This document shows, piece after piece, positions 1 through 7,925 of a stretch of 64,000 nucleotides of DNA. The stretch lies in assembly GCA_020845575.1 (NCBI GenBank), contig JADLFL010000002.1, positions 25,309-89,308 on the forward strand. The letters are read 5' to 3'. A program made the translations under genes and the position numbers. Position 1 is the stretch's first letter. Each line of letters opens with the position of its first letter. This stretch comes from Acidobacteriota bacterium (lineage in GTDB: Bacteria > Acidobacteriota > Vicinamibacteria > Vicinamibacterales > Vicinamibacteraceae). The notes below the pieces were generated by a model. It ran no database searches, had not been told where the DNA came from, and saw nothing but the letters and a program-made list of their open reading frames with translations.

Positions 1-50
1 AGCAGGAAGGCGAACACCATGAACGCGGCGGCGGAGAAGCGAGACGTCAC
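1..50 (-). CDS. Possible 5' end of a membrane protein running off the window edge
   Basis: Reverse strand from GTG at 48-50 reads VTSRFSAAAFMVFAFLL, a hydrophobic N-terminus; only 50 nt visible. Confidence 0.3.
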   Translation of the reverse strand, partial: MTSRFSAAAFMVFAFL

Positions 51-67
51 GCCGCGACTGTAGCAAG

Positions 68-598
68 ATGAACGGGTCTTCGAAAGTCATGCGACTCGTC
101 CGCTCACTCGTTTCGCGCGCGCCGATCGACGCGGAGATCCGCGCCGCCCGCTATCCGAATCACGATCCGGCGCGATGGGCACTGCCGCTCGTCGACGCAC
201 TCGATCGTCTGGCCACGGGATGGCAGGTGGTCGAGCTCGACGAGGCGACGTTCGCGGCGCTCTGGCTGCCTGCTCACGAAGGTGAGCCCTGTCACGGCGA
301 CAGCATGCGGCTCGGCGATGATCCGGCAGGCCAACCCGTGCGGAGCGCGATCGAGTGGCTGGACGTGCATCGCGATGCGTACGCGTCGGCCAATCCATCG
401 TGCTGGGGACGGATCACGCACGCCGCGACTGCCTCGTCAGCAGCCCCCATCGTCGTATCGCCCGTGAACGTGGGCGATCGCGTCATGCCGCCGCATGCCG
501 CGTTGGTCGTCGTCGACGGCCTGCACCGCGCGGTCGGCTACGCACTCGCCGGTCGTCGCACGTGCCTCGCCTATGTGCCGATGGTGGAAGGGGAGTAG
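68..598 (+). CDS. Hypothetical protein with a ParB/sulfiredoxin-like DGLHR motif
   Basis: 176-aa ORF; C-terminal VVVDGLHRAVG resembles the DGxHR signature of the ParB-N/Srx fold. Confidence 0.55.
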   Translation: MNGSSKVMRLVRSLVSRAPIDAEIRAARYPNHDPARWALPLVDALDRLATGWQVVELDEATFAALWLPAHEGEPCHGDSMRLGDDPAGQPVRSAIEWLDVHRDAYASANPSCWGRITHAATASSAAPIVVSPVNVGDRVMPPHAALVVVDGLHRAVGYALAGRRTCLAYVPMVEGE

Positions 599-673
599 TG
601 CCGGGAATGCCGCGATGCCGAATGCCGTCCCCACGGCGTAGGGACCGGCGGGCGACGATCACCCCACGGAGGT

Positions 674-734
674 GTAGCCGCCGGATTCATGCGGCGAACG
701 GGGATCGCGCGGGCCGGACACGTCCGGCCCCTAC
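674..734. repeat. REPIN-like inverted pair of GTAG-footed palindromes
   Basis: GTAGCCGCCGGATTCATGCGGCG at 674 and GGGCCGGACACGTCCGGCCCCTAC at 711-734 (reverse complement GTAGGGGCCGGACGTGTCCGGCCC), between convergent genes. Confidence 0.65.
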
Positions 735-755
735 AGCGAGGTGGTGGGCCGGCGG

Positions 756-1409
756 CTATTTGCGCGGGCGGGCAGGTTTCTCGCCCGGAGAGGCTGCCCT
801 GGGAGGGTTCGGCGTGATCCACGTTGCCGGTGGCACGCCGCGACGGACCTGGCCAGACGAGGTGACGTTGCGCCCGTCGTTCTGACGCGTCGTCCACGTG
901 GCCGGCGGCGGCTCATTGGCCTTGTCATGGCGACCCCGGTCCACGCGACCCGAGGAGCGGTCGTCGTCGCGCCGCTCACCGCGATGACGCACGCGACGAT
1001 CCCCACGTTCGCCATGGTCGGGGACGGCGGTCGGCACGATCACGATCGACGGAACGACGTAGGTCACGACCTCCTGCTGCTGCACCACGACTGATGGCGG
1101 CTCATCCTGCTCGACGAACACCTCCGCCTCATCGTCCGCGTAGGTATCGACGGACGTGGCATGCCGTGTCCTCATCCGCACCATCAGCGCAATCACGCGC
1201 TCGGGGATGCCCTCGGCCTTCAGTTCCTGGATGTCAACCAGGTCCAGCGTGAACGGCCCGCCATCGGTCTCGATGAGCGCGATGAGCACCTCCTCGCCAA
1301 GCCCGGACCTGTGCAGTTCCATGATGTCGCGCACGGTGAGGTCGCCTGCGAACGACAGGCTGGCAGACAGGAGCAGGCCGCCGAACGTGAGTCCAAGGAT
1401 GCGTGTCAT
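756..1409 (-). CDS. Secreted hypothetical protein with a low-complexity Arg/Asp/Pro-rich tail
   Basis: Signal peptide MTRILGLTFGGLLLSASLSFA; helical N-terminal domain LTVRDIMELHRSGLGEEVLIALI. Confidence 0.7.
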   Translation of the reverse strand: MTRILGLTFGGLLLSASLSFAGDLTVRDIMELHRSGLGEEVLIALIETDGGPFTLDLVDIQELKAEGIPERVIALMVRMRTRHATSVDTYADDEAEVFVEQDEPPSVVVQQQEVVTYVVPSIVIVPTAVPDHGERGDRRVRHRGERRDDDRSSGRVDRGRHDKANEPPPATWTTRQNDGRNVTSSGQVRRGVPPATWITPNPPRAASPGEKPARPRK

Positions 1410-1457
1410 GGCTTTCTCTCGACGGCCGGCGACGGTCCTGGGCCGTCAACAAGGACT

Positions 1458-1512
1458 GCAGGGGCCGGACTTGTCCGGCACGCATGCTGAGATCCGGTGC
1501 CCGGTGCCCGGT
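1458..1512. repeat. REP-like palindrome followed by CCGGTGC heptamer repeats
   Basis: GCAGGGGCCGGACTTGTCCGGC (1458-1479) matches the 711-734 element; CCGGTGC x2.7 at 1494-1512. Confidence 0.55.
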
Positions 1513-1689
1513 CTATGTGCAAGATGCGTCCCGCCCCGTGATGTCCCCGTTGGGATGCAGTCGCTGTCCTGTGCAGGCGTCGGCGTGGACGGCGGCATCG
1601 CGTAAGTGCCCGTCGGGCGCAGGTTGGCCTCAGGCATGAGGTTTGCGCTACCGTGCACTGCGCCGGACGATCCGGCCAGAGTCACGAAC

Positions 1690-2712
1690 ATGGACCAGCG
1701 CGCCCTCCCCGCCTCGGCTCTCGTGCTCGGCTGCCTCGCTGCCGCCGGGATCGGCGGCTACGTGGCCGTGCGACAAGTGACCCCCGCCGGCGCGAGCGCG
1801 CCCGCCGGCACGACGCGCGAGGCACCGGAGCGCGCGTCTGCAGCAGTCGATCCAGCCACTCCGAACGCGTCGGAACCTCGCGCTGCGCAGGTCACTGCGT
1901 CGGAGGCCATCGCACCCGTGGGCAAGGCGCCTGACCGGCCGACGCCAGTCGCTGCGGTCACTTTCCAGACGCCAACGCCGCCAGTCGCCCCTCCCCCGAT
2001 GGACGTACCGCGCAGCACGCCGCCAGTCGTCGCACCGTCGGCGCTTCCCGGGGTGTCGGCGCCGCCGCAGGCTGAACACGCGGCCGACGCGGAGCGGAGC
2101 GGCGGTACCGAATCGATCGACGAGTCGCCCATTCCCTCGTCGGTGCCAGTCGCCGAAGCCACGAGGGCTCCGGAGCCCGTACGGCAGTACGAGCCGATTA
2201 CGATTCCCGCCAACGCCGTGATCGGCATTCAGATGGAGCAGACGGTCTCGACCGAGTCGGCTCGCGTCGAAGACCGCGTGCGGGCGCGCGTCACGCGCGA
2301 CCTGGTCGTCGCTGGCGACGTGGTGGTACCCAGGGGCGCACGCCTCATCGGCCACGTCGTGCTCGTTGAAGAGGGCGGGCGCGTGAAGGAACGCGCACGG
2401 CTCGGGCTCCGATTCCATACCCTCGTACTGCTCGACGGCACCGAGGTCGCGATGCCGACGGAGATCGTCTACCGCGATGGCGATTCACCCACGGGCCGCA
2501 GCGCGAAGAAGATCGGCGGCGCGGCCATCGGAGGCGCGGTGCTCGGCGCCATCCTCGGCGGCGGCAAGGGCGCCGCGATCGGCGCGGCGACGGGCGCGGG
2601 CAGCGGTGCGGGCTGGGCGATGACAGACGACCGCCAGCCTGCGGTGATTCGTGCCGGGCAGTCGCTCACCGTCCGCCTTGCCGACTCCGTGACCACGCAC
2701 GTCGAGCGCTGA
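1690..2712 (+). CDS. Membrane-anchored TrbI/VirB10-like domain protein with Pro-rich linker and glycine zipper
   Basis: N-terminal TM segment, Pro/Ala linker, ITIPANAVIGIQMEQTVS...VRARVTRDLVVAGDVVVPRGARLIGHV, then GGAAIGGAVLGAILGGGKGAAIGA; start refined to ATG 1690. Confidence 0.7.
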   Translation: MDQRALPASALVLGCLAAAGIGGYVAVRQVTPAGASAPAGTTREAPERASAAVDPATPNASEPRAAQVTASEAIAPVGKAPDRPTPVAAVTFQTPTPPVAPPPMDVPRSTPPVVAPSALPGVSAPPQAEHAADAERSGGTESIDESPIPSSVPVAEATRAPEPVRQYEPITIPANAVIGIQMEQTVSTESARVEDRVRARVTRDLVVAGDVVVPRGARLIGHVVLVEEGGRVKERARLGLRFHTLVLLDGTEVAMPTEIVYRDGDSPTGRSAKKIGGAAIGGAVLGAILGGGKGAAIGAATGAGSGAGWAMTDDRQPAVIRAGQSLTVRLADSVTTHVER

Positions 2713-2734
2713 CAGCGGCGCTATACTGCGGGGC

Positions 2735-3178
2735 ATGACTGCCGGCATCGTGAACTTCACTCGAGTGGACGCGACAGTGGCCTGCGCCGGCGACACGCCG
2801 AAGGAGGCGATTGCCACGCTCCCTGGCATGGGCTTCGTCTCCGTCATCAACCTGCGGCTGGCTCAGGAACCAGGCGTGGCAGACGAGGCTCAGGCGGCGC
2901 ACGACGCCGGACTCGGATACTTCCATCTCCCGATGGACCCGAATGCGCCGACCTTCGAAACCGCGGAGCAATTCCTTGCCATCGTCGAAGACACGGCCAA
3001 CCAGCCCGTGTACATCCATTGCGCGTCGGCCAACCGCGTGGGCGCCGTGTGGGTCATCAAACGCGTGGTGCAGGACGGCTGGTCGCGTGAGGACGCCATC
3101 GCCGAAGGTCAGCGTATCGGCCTCAAGAGTCCCGTGATGCTGGACTTCGTGCAGCGCTTCCTCGATGCACGAGCCTGA
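2735..3178 (+). CDS. Cys-based phosphatase/sulfur-transferase-like protein (DUF442/BLH type)
   Basis: HCASANRVG CX5R P-loop; VINLR motif. Confidence 0.85.
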   Translation: MTAGIVNFTRVDATVACAGDTPKEAIATLPGMGFVSVINLRLAQEPGVADEAQAAHDAGLGYFHLPMDPNAPTFETAEQFLAIVEDTANQPVYIHCASANRVGAVWVIKRVVQDGWSREDAIAEGQRIGLKSPVMLDFVQRFLDARA

Positions 3179-4661
3179 CCCGGGCCCGCGGCACGCGTTT
3201 CCCGACATCCCGCGTACGGCGGGCCCGCTGGGCGACATGCCCGCCGACGAATTCCGCGCGGCGGGCCACGCGCTCGTCGAGTGGATCGCCGATTACCTCC
3301 AGCACGCCGAGCGATACCCGGTGATGGCGCAGGTCGAACCCGGCGCCATCGCGCGCAGCGTGCCGTCCGCGGCACCCGATCACGGCGAGTCGATCGGCGC
3401 GATCCTCGCCGACATCGATCGCGTGATCGTTCCCGGCCTCACGCACTGGAACAGCCCCACGTTCTTCGCGTACTTCTCGATCTGCGCCAGCGGCCCAGGC
3501 GTGCTCGCCGACTTCCTCTCGGCGGCGCTCAATCAACAGGCGATGCTGTGGCGCACGTCGCCCGTTGCGACCGAGCTCGAAGCCGTCACGCTCGGCTGGC
3601 TGCGCCAGTTGATGGGCCTGCCCGCACCGTTTGAGGGCGTCATCTACGACACGGCGTCGATCTCCACGCTGCACGCACTTGCCGCGGCGCGTGAACGCGC
3701 GCTGCGCGGCGTCCGCCGCACGGGCCTGGCTGGCCGCGACGATGCGCGGGGGCTGCGTGTGTACTGTTCCGATCAGGCTCACTCCTCCGTCGAGAAGGCC
3801 GTCATCCTGCTCGGCCTCGGTCACGAGGCCGTCGTCAAGATCGCGTCCGACGAGGCGTTCCGCATGGACGTCGACGCGCTCGACGCGGCGATCGCGGCCG
3901 ATCGCGAGGGGGGACGGCATCCACTAGCCGTCGTGGCCACCACAGGCACGACGTCGACGACGAGCGTGGACCCCGTGCCGGCGATCGCCGACATCTGCGC
4001 GCGCGAAGGCGTGTGGCTGCACGTCGACGCGGCATACGGCGGTGCGGCAGCCCTCGTCCCGGACATGGCCTGGGTGCTCGCTGGCGCCGACCGCGCGGAT
4101 TCGCTCGTCGTCAACCCACACAAGTGGATGCTGACGCCATTCGACCTGAGCGTGCTCTTCTGTCGCGACATGGACGCGCTCCGCGAGGCGTTCGCGGTGG
4201 TGCCCGAGTACCTGAAGACGAGCGAGGCGCCAGAAGTGCGCAACCTGATGGACACCGGCGTGCAGCTCGGCCGGCGATTCAGGGCGTTGAAGCTGTGGTT
4301 CGTGCTGCGGTACTTCGGGGCGGAGGGGATGCGGTCGCGTATCGCCGAGCACCTGCGGCTCGCCCGCATCTTCGCCGGATGGGTGGATGCCGATCCCGCG
4401 TTCGAACGGCTGGCACCCGTACCGATGAGCGTCGTGTGCTTCCGCGCGAGACCAGCCGCGCTGGCCGGTGACGGGGCCGCGCTGGATGTCCTCAATGAAC
4501 GCGTACTGAATGAATTGAATGCAGACGGGCAGATTTTCCTCTCGCACACCAGGCTTCGCGGCGCGTACGCCCTGCGCCTGGCCGTAGGCCATGCCCGCAC
4601 CACCGAGGCCCATCTTTCGATGGCGTGGGACCTTATCCGCGCGCACGCCGCGCGCTCGTGA
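3165..4661 (+). CDS. Group II PLP-dependent decarboxylase (aromatic L-amino-acid decarboxylase-like)
   Basis: THWNSPTFFAYF, YCSDQAHSSVEK, WLHVDAAYGG, NPHKW (PLP lysine), LGRRFRALKLW. Confidence 0.92.
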   Translation: MHEPDPGPRHAFPDIPRTAGPLGDMPADEFRAAGHALVEWIADYLQHAERYPVMAQVEPGAIARSVPSAAPDHGESIGAILADIDRVIVPGLTHWNSPTFFAYFSICASGPGVLADFLSAALNQQAMLWRTSPVATELEAVTLGWLRQLMGLPAPFEGVIYDTASISTLHALAAARERALRGVRRTGLAGRDDARGLRVYCSDQAHSSVEKAVILLGLGHEAVVKIASDEAFRMDVDALDAAIAADREGGRHPLAVVATTGTTSTTSVDPVPAIADICAREGVWLHVDAAYGGAAALVPDMAWVLAGADRADSLVVNPHKWMLTPFDLSVLFCRDMDALREAFAVVPEYLKTSEAPEVRNLMDTGVQLGRRFRALKLWFVLRYFGAEGMRSRIAEHLRLARIFAGWVDADPAFERLAPVPMSVVCFRARPAALAGDGAALDVLNERVLNELNADGQIFLSHTRLRGAYALRLAVGHARTTEAHLSMAWDLIRAHAARS

Positions 4662-4707
4662 GGCTCGGCCGTACGGCCGGCACACGTTTTGCGATGGAGA
4701 CGAGTCG

Positions 4708-5289
4708 ATGCGACGTGTCCTGACCCTCGTGGTCGGCACTCTGCTGTGCGTGGCGATGCCGCGCGCCGCGGCGGCCGACATCCTGCTGACGCCGTTTGCC
4801 GGCGTGAGCTTCGTCGACGAGAACACGAAGAAGATGACGTACGGGGCGACGCTCTCGCTCGGAGGCCTGATCGGCTTCGAGGGCGAGTTGGCTCGGACGT
4901 CACTGGCCGAAGCGTCGCTGCGTGGCACGCCCATCGACCTGAACGCCCATGTGACGACAGGCATGGTGAATGTCGTCGCGCGCTTTCCCACGGGTCCGTT
5001 GCAGCCATACGCGACGGCCGGTCTCGGCGTGATCAGGGCGACGGGCAGCGCTGACGTGCCCGCGCTCGGGCCCGCACTGAGCATCAGCGGCAGGACGTTC
5101 GGCATGAACTACGGCGGCGGGCTCTACGTCTTTCCGTCGAAGTCGATCGGCATTCGCGGCGACATCCGGTACTTCAGGACCGTGGGCGACCTGACGCTGA
5201 AAGGTGCCGCGGACCTGTTCGACATCGACCTGCCGGTGCCCGACTTCGACTTCTGGCGCATCACCGGCGGCGTCACCCTCCGCTTCTGA
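4708..5289 (+). CDS. Outer-membrane beta-barrel protein (OmpA-like membrane domain)
   Basis: Signal peptide, alternating beta strands, PYATAGLG, GIRGDIRYF, terminal Phe (GGVTLRF); start refined to ATG 4708. Confidence 0.8.
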   Translation: MRRVLTLVVGTLLCVAMPRAAAADILLTPFAGVSFVDENTKKMTYGATLSLGGLIGFEGELARTSLAEASLRGTPIDLNAHVTTGMVNVVARFPTGPLQPYATAGLGVIRATGSADVPALGPALSISGRTFGMNYGGGLYVFPSKSIGIRGDIRYFRTVGDLTLKGAADLFDIDLPVPDFDFWRITGGVTLRF

Positions 5290-5365
5290 TGCCGATGCCA
5301 GCGCTCACTGTCCGGACATCCGGTGCCCGATGCCCGGTGACCGGTGCCCGATAGGAGGCTTCATT

Positions 5366-5953
5366 ATGCGTAAGTTCATACTGACTTCTTTCATCCTCGC
5401 AACAGCGGCGGCAGCGTCCACCACGCCGACTGCGGCACAAACGACAGGCGGAATCATCACGCCGTTCATCGGCGTCACCACCAACACGCCGACCGACGAG
5501 AACCGCACCGTGTACGGCGGATCATTCGGCGTCACGGGACGCATAGTCGGCGTCGAGCTCGACCTCGGCTACGCGCCGAACTTCTTCGAGGACGAGGACG
5601 ACTTCGGCGAACTCGACAGCAACGGAAACGTGACGACGGTGATGGGCAACCTGCTCGTCGGCGTACCGCTGGGCAAGGTACGCCCCTACGGGACCGTCGG
5701 CCTCGGGCTGATGCGCGCGGACCTCGGCCTGCTCGACTTCTTCGACGATCTCAGTCGCAACGACCTCGGCGTCAACTACGGCGGGGGCGTGATGGTGTTC
5801 GTGTCGGACAGGATTGCCGTCCGGGGAGATCTGCGGCAGTTCCGCAGCCTCGACAACACGGACCTCGACGACGATTTCCCGGAGCCGCGCGATTTCAGGC
5901 TCGGAGACTTCAAGTTCTGGCGCGCGACGGCAGGAGTGACGTTCCGCTTCTAG
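5366..5953 (+). CDS. Outer-membrane beta-barrel protein, paralog of the upstream gene
   Basis: SD AGGAGG then ATG 5366; PYGTVGLG, AVRGDLRQF, FWRATAGVTFRF. Confidence 0.8.
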   Translation: MRKFILTSFILATAAAASTTPTAAQTTGGIITPFIGVTTNTPTDENRTVYGGSFGVTGRIVGVELDLGYAPNFFEDEDDFGELDSNGNVTTVMGNLLVGVPLGKVRPYGTVGLGLMRADLGLLDFFDDLSRNDLGVNYGGGVMVFVSDRIAVRGDLRQFRSLDNTDLDDDFPEPRDFRLGDFKFWRATAGVTFRF

Positions 5954-5962
5954 AATGGGCGC

Positions 5963-7126
5963 GTGCCTCTGCCGCGACGCATCACCGACATCCAGCCGCC
6001 GGTCATCCCCATCCTCGGCGACTGGATTCGCAGCAATCCCGGCACGATCTCGCTCGGGCAGGGGATCGTGTCGTATGGCCCGCCGCCAGACGTGGCGGCG
6101 GCGCTACAGACCTTCGGCGGATCCGTGGCGGACCATCGCTACGGTCCCGTCGAGGGCCAGCCAGACCTCCTCGCGATCCTGCAGGACAAGCTGACGCGCG
6201 AGAACGGCATCCACCTCGATCGGCGGCGCGTGGTCGTGACCGCCGGGGGCAACATGGCGTTCCTCAACGCCGTGCTCGCGATCACCGATCCCGGCGACGA
6301 GGTCATCCTGCCGGTACCGTTCTACTTCAATCACGAGATGGCGCTGACGATGATCGGCTGTCGCGCCGTGCCGGTTCGCACCGACGCGAACTATCAGCTC
6401 GCTCTCGACGCGATTGGGGACGCCATCACCTCGCGTACCCGCGCCATCGTCACCGTCTCGCCGAACAACCCGACGGGCGCCGTCTATCCCGAACACGCGC
6501 TGCGGGCCGTGAATGCCTTGTGCGCGCGGCACGGTCTGTTCCACATCAGCGATGAGGCATACGAGTACTTCACGTTCGGCGACGCGCGGCACTGTTCACC
6601 GGCGTCTGCCGCCGGCAGTCGTGCGCACACGATCGCGCTGTTCTCGCTCTCGAAGGCATATGGCTTCGCGAGCTGGCGCGTCGGGTACATGGTGGTGCCG
6701 GAGGAACTGTTCGACGCCGTCAACAAGGTGCAGGACACGAACCTGATCTGCCCGCCGCTGGTGTGTCAGGCAGGCGCCGCCGCGGCGCTGCGCGTGGGAC
6801 GCGCGTACTGCGTGCCGAAGGTCGCCGACCTCGACGTCGTTCGCAGCGAGGTCCACGCAACGCTGGCAGGCCTCGGTGATCTCGTCGAGGCACCGCCGAC
6901 AGATGGTGCGTTCTACGTGCTGCTGCGCGTCAACACGACGCTCGACGCCTTCACGCTGACGCGGCGGCTGATCGAGCGGCACCGCGTGGCCGTCGTGCCA
7001 GGCAGCGCGTTCGGCCTCACCGACACGTGCGCGCTGCGCATCTCGTTCGGCGCCCTCGATCGCGACACGGTCGCCGCCGGCATGGCGCGCCTGGTCGACG
7101 GCCTCCGCGCGGAGATCGCATCGTGA
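5963..7126 (+). CDS. Class I/II PLP-dependent aminotransferase
   Basis: VVTAGGNMAF, SPNNPTG, SDEAYEYF, SLSKAYGFASWRVG (PLP lysine). Confidence 0.92.
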   Translation: MPLPRRITDIQPPVIPILGDWIRSNPGTISLGQGIVSYGPPPDVAAALQTFGGSVADHRYGPVEGQPDLLAILQDKLTRENGIHLDRRRVVVTAGGNMAFLNAVLAITDPGDEVILPVPFYFNHEMALTMIGCRAVPVRTDANYQLALDAIGDAITSRTRAIVTVSPNNPTGAVYPEHALRAVNALCARHGLFHISDEAYEYFTFGDARHCSPASAAGSRAHTIALFSLSKAYGFASWRVGYMVVPEELFDAVNKVQDTNLICPPLVCQAGAAAALRVGRAYCVPKVADLDVVRSEVHATLAGLGDLVEAPPTDGAFYVLLRVNTTLDAFTLTRRLIERHRVAVVPGSAFGLTDTCALRISFGALDRDTVAAGMARLVDGLRAEIAS

Positions 7127-7148
7127 CGTTGGGGACGGACAGAGAGGT

Positions 7149-7211
7149 GTAGCCAACGGACTGTGTCCGGCGGACCAGGATCGCTGACTGCCGGACGAGT
7201 CCGGCAGCTAC
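7149..7211. repeat. REPIN-like inverted pair of GTAG-footed palindromes
   Basis: GTAGCCAACGGACTGTGTCCGGCGG at 7149 and GCCGGACGAGTCCGGCAGCTAC ending 7211, between convergent genes and overlapping the J-domain gene stop codon. Confidence 0.65.
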
Positions 7212-7738
7212 GCCGTGCGCGTCGCGCTGTCGTCCTGGAACATCTGCCACGCGTGGACGACGGCGCGAAAACGCCGGGTGCGATCGTCGCTGGTGCGGGT
7301 ATCGCGTGCGACGTGACGATCGGGGTGCGTCTCGAACACGAGTTGCCTGTAGGCGCTGCGGACGTCCGCGTCCGAGGCTCCTGCCGCGATTGACGCACCG
7401 AGACGGTTCAGAAGCTGGATCGCAATCCGCTCCCGCGCGCTGCGCCTGACGATGCGCACGGGACGCGCCTGACGCGACGACGATGACGCCTGCGCGCCGC
7501 ATCGCGATGACGCCGGCGGCGCCTCCACGGGGATCCCCGCCGCCGCAGGCGCTGCAGACGCCGGTTGCGGATAGCGCTGGTGGAGGACTGTCGCCGACGC
7601 CACGCGAAGCGGCTCGAGGCGATGGACCCAGGACGGACTTGCGATGCGCGGCTCGCTCAGCCTGCCGAGCACCACCGGAGGCGGCGCGTCAGCCAGCTTT
7701 CTGAGCAGCACGTCGGCGAACCCGAGCCGAGCTCCCAT
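7208..7738 (-). CDS. Small protein with a C-terminal J (DnaJ) domain
   Basis: DADVRSAYRQLVFETHPDRH...RFRAVVHAWQMF with the HPD motif; start uncertain (ATG 7738). Confidence 0.7.
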   Translation of the reverse strand: MGARLGFADVLLRKLADAPPPVVLGRLSEPRIASPSWVHRLEPLRVASATVLHQRYPQPASAAPAAAGIPVEAPPASSRCGAQASSSSRQARPVRIVRRSARERIAIQLLNRLGASIAAGASDADVRSAYRQLVFETHPDRHVARDTRTSDDRTRRFRAVVHAWQMFQDDSATRTA

Positions 7739-7827
7739 GGAGAGGAGATCGGCGCCGGCCGCCGCCGCTTGAATGACATGCCAGGCAACGGGCAACGGGC
7801 ACCCCGACAACCGGACACCGGTCCGGA

Positions 7828-7852
7828 TGGAGGCCAGGGGTTTCAACCCCTG
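7828..7852 (+). repeat. REP-like palindrome, TGGAGGCCAGGGG family, copy 1
   Basis: TGGAGGCCAGGGGTTTCAACCCCTG; related copies at 34857-34884 and 52682-52708 on the opposite strand. Confidence 0.7.
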
Positions 7853-7925
7853 CGCAGACGGGTACAGGGGCACCCCTTGTGGGTGCCGTTCCGAAGGTCC
7901 ACGACCGTGTGATCTAGACTGCCGC

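Noticed and set aside
1690-2712. Conjugative or type IV secretion element
   Set aside because: Only a VirB10-like domain; no VirB4, VirD4, relaxase or other T4SS genes
3165-7126. Secondary-metabolite biosynthetic gene cluster
   Set aside because: No NRPS, PKS, RiPP-modifying or siderophore synthetase gene accompanies the decarboxylase and aminotransferase
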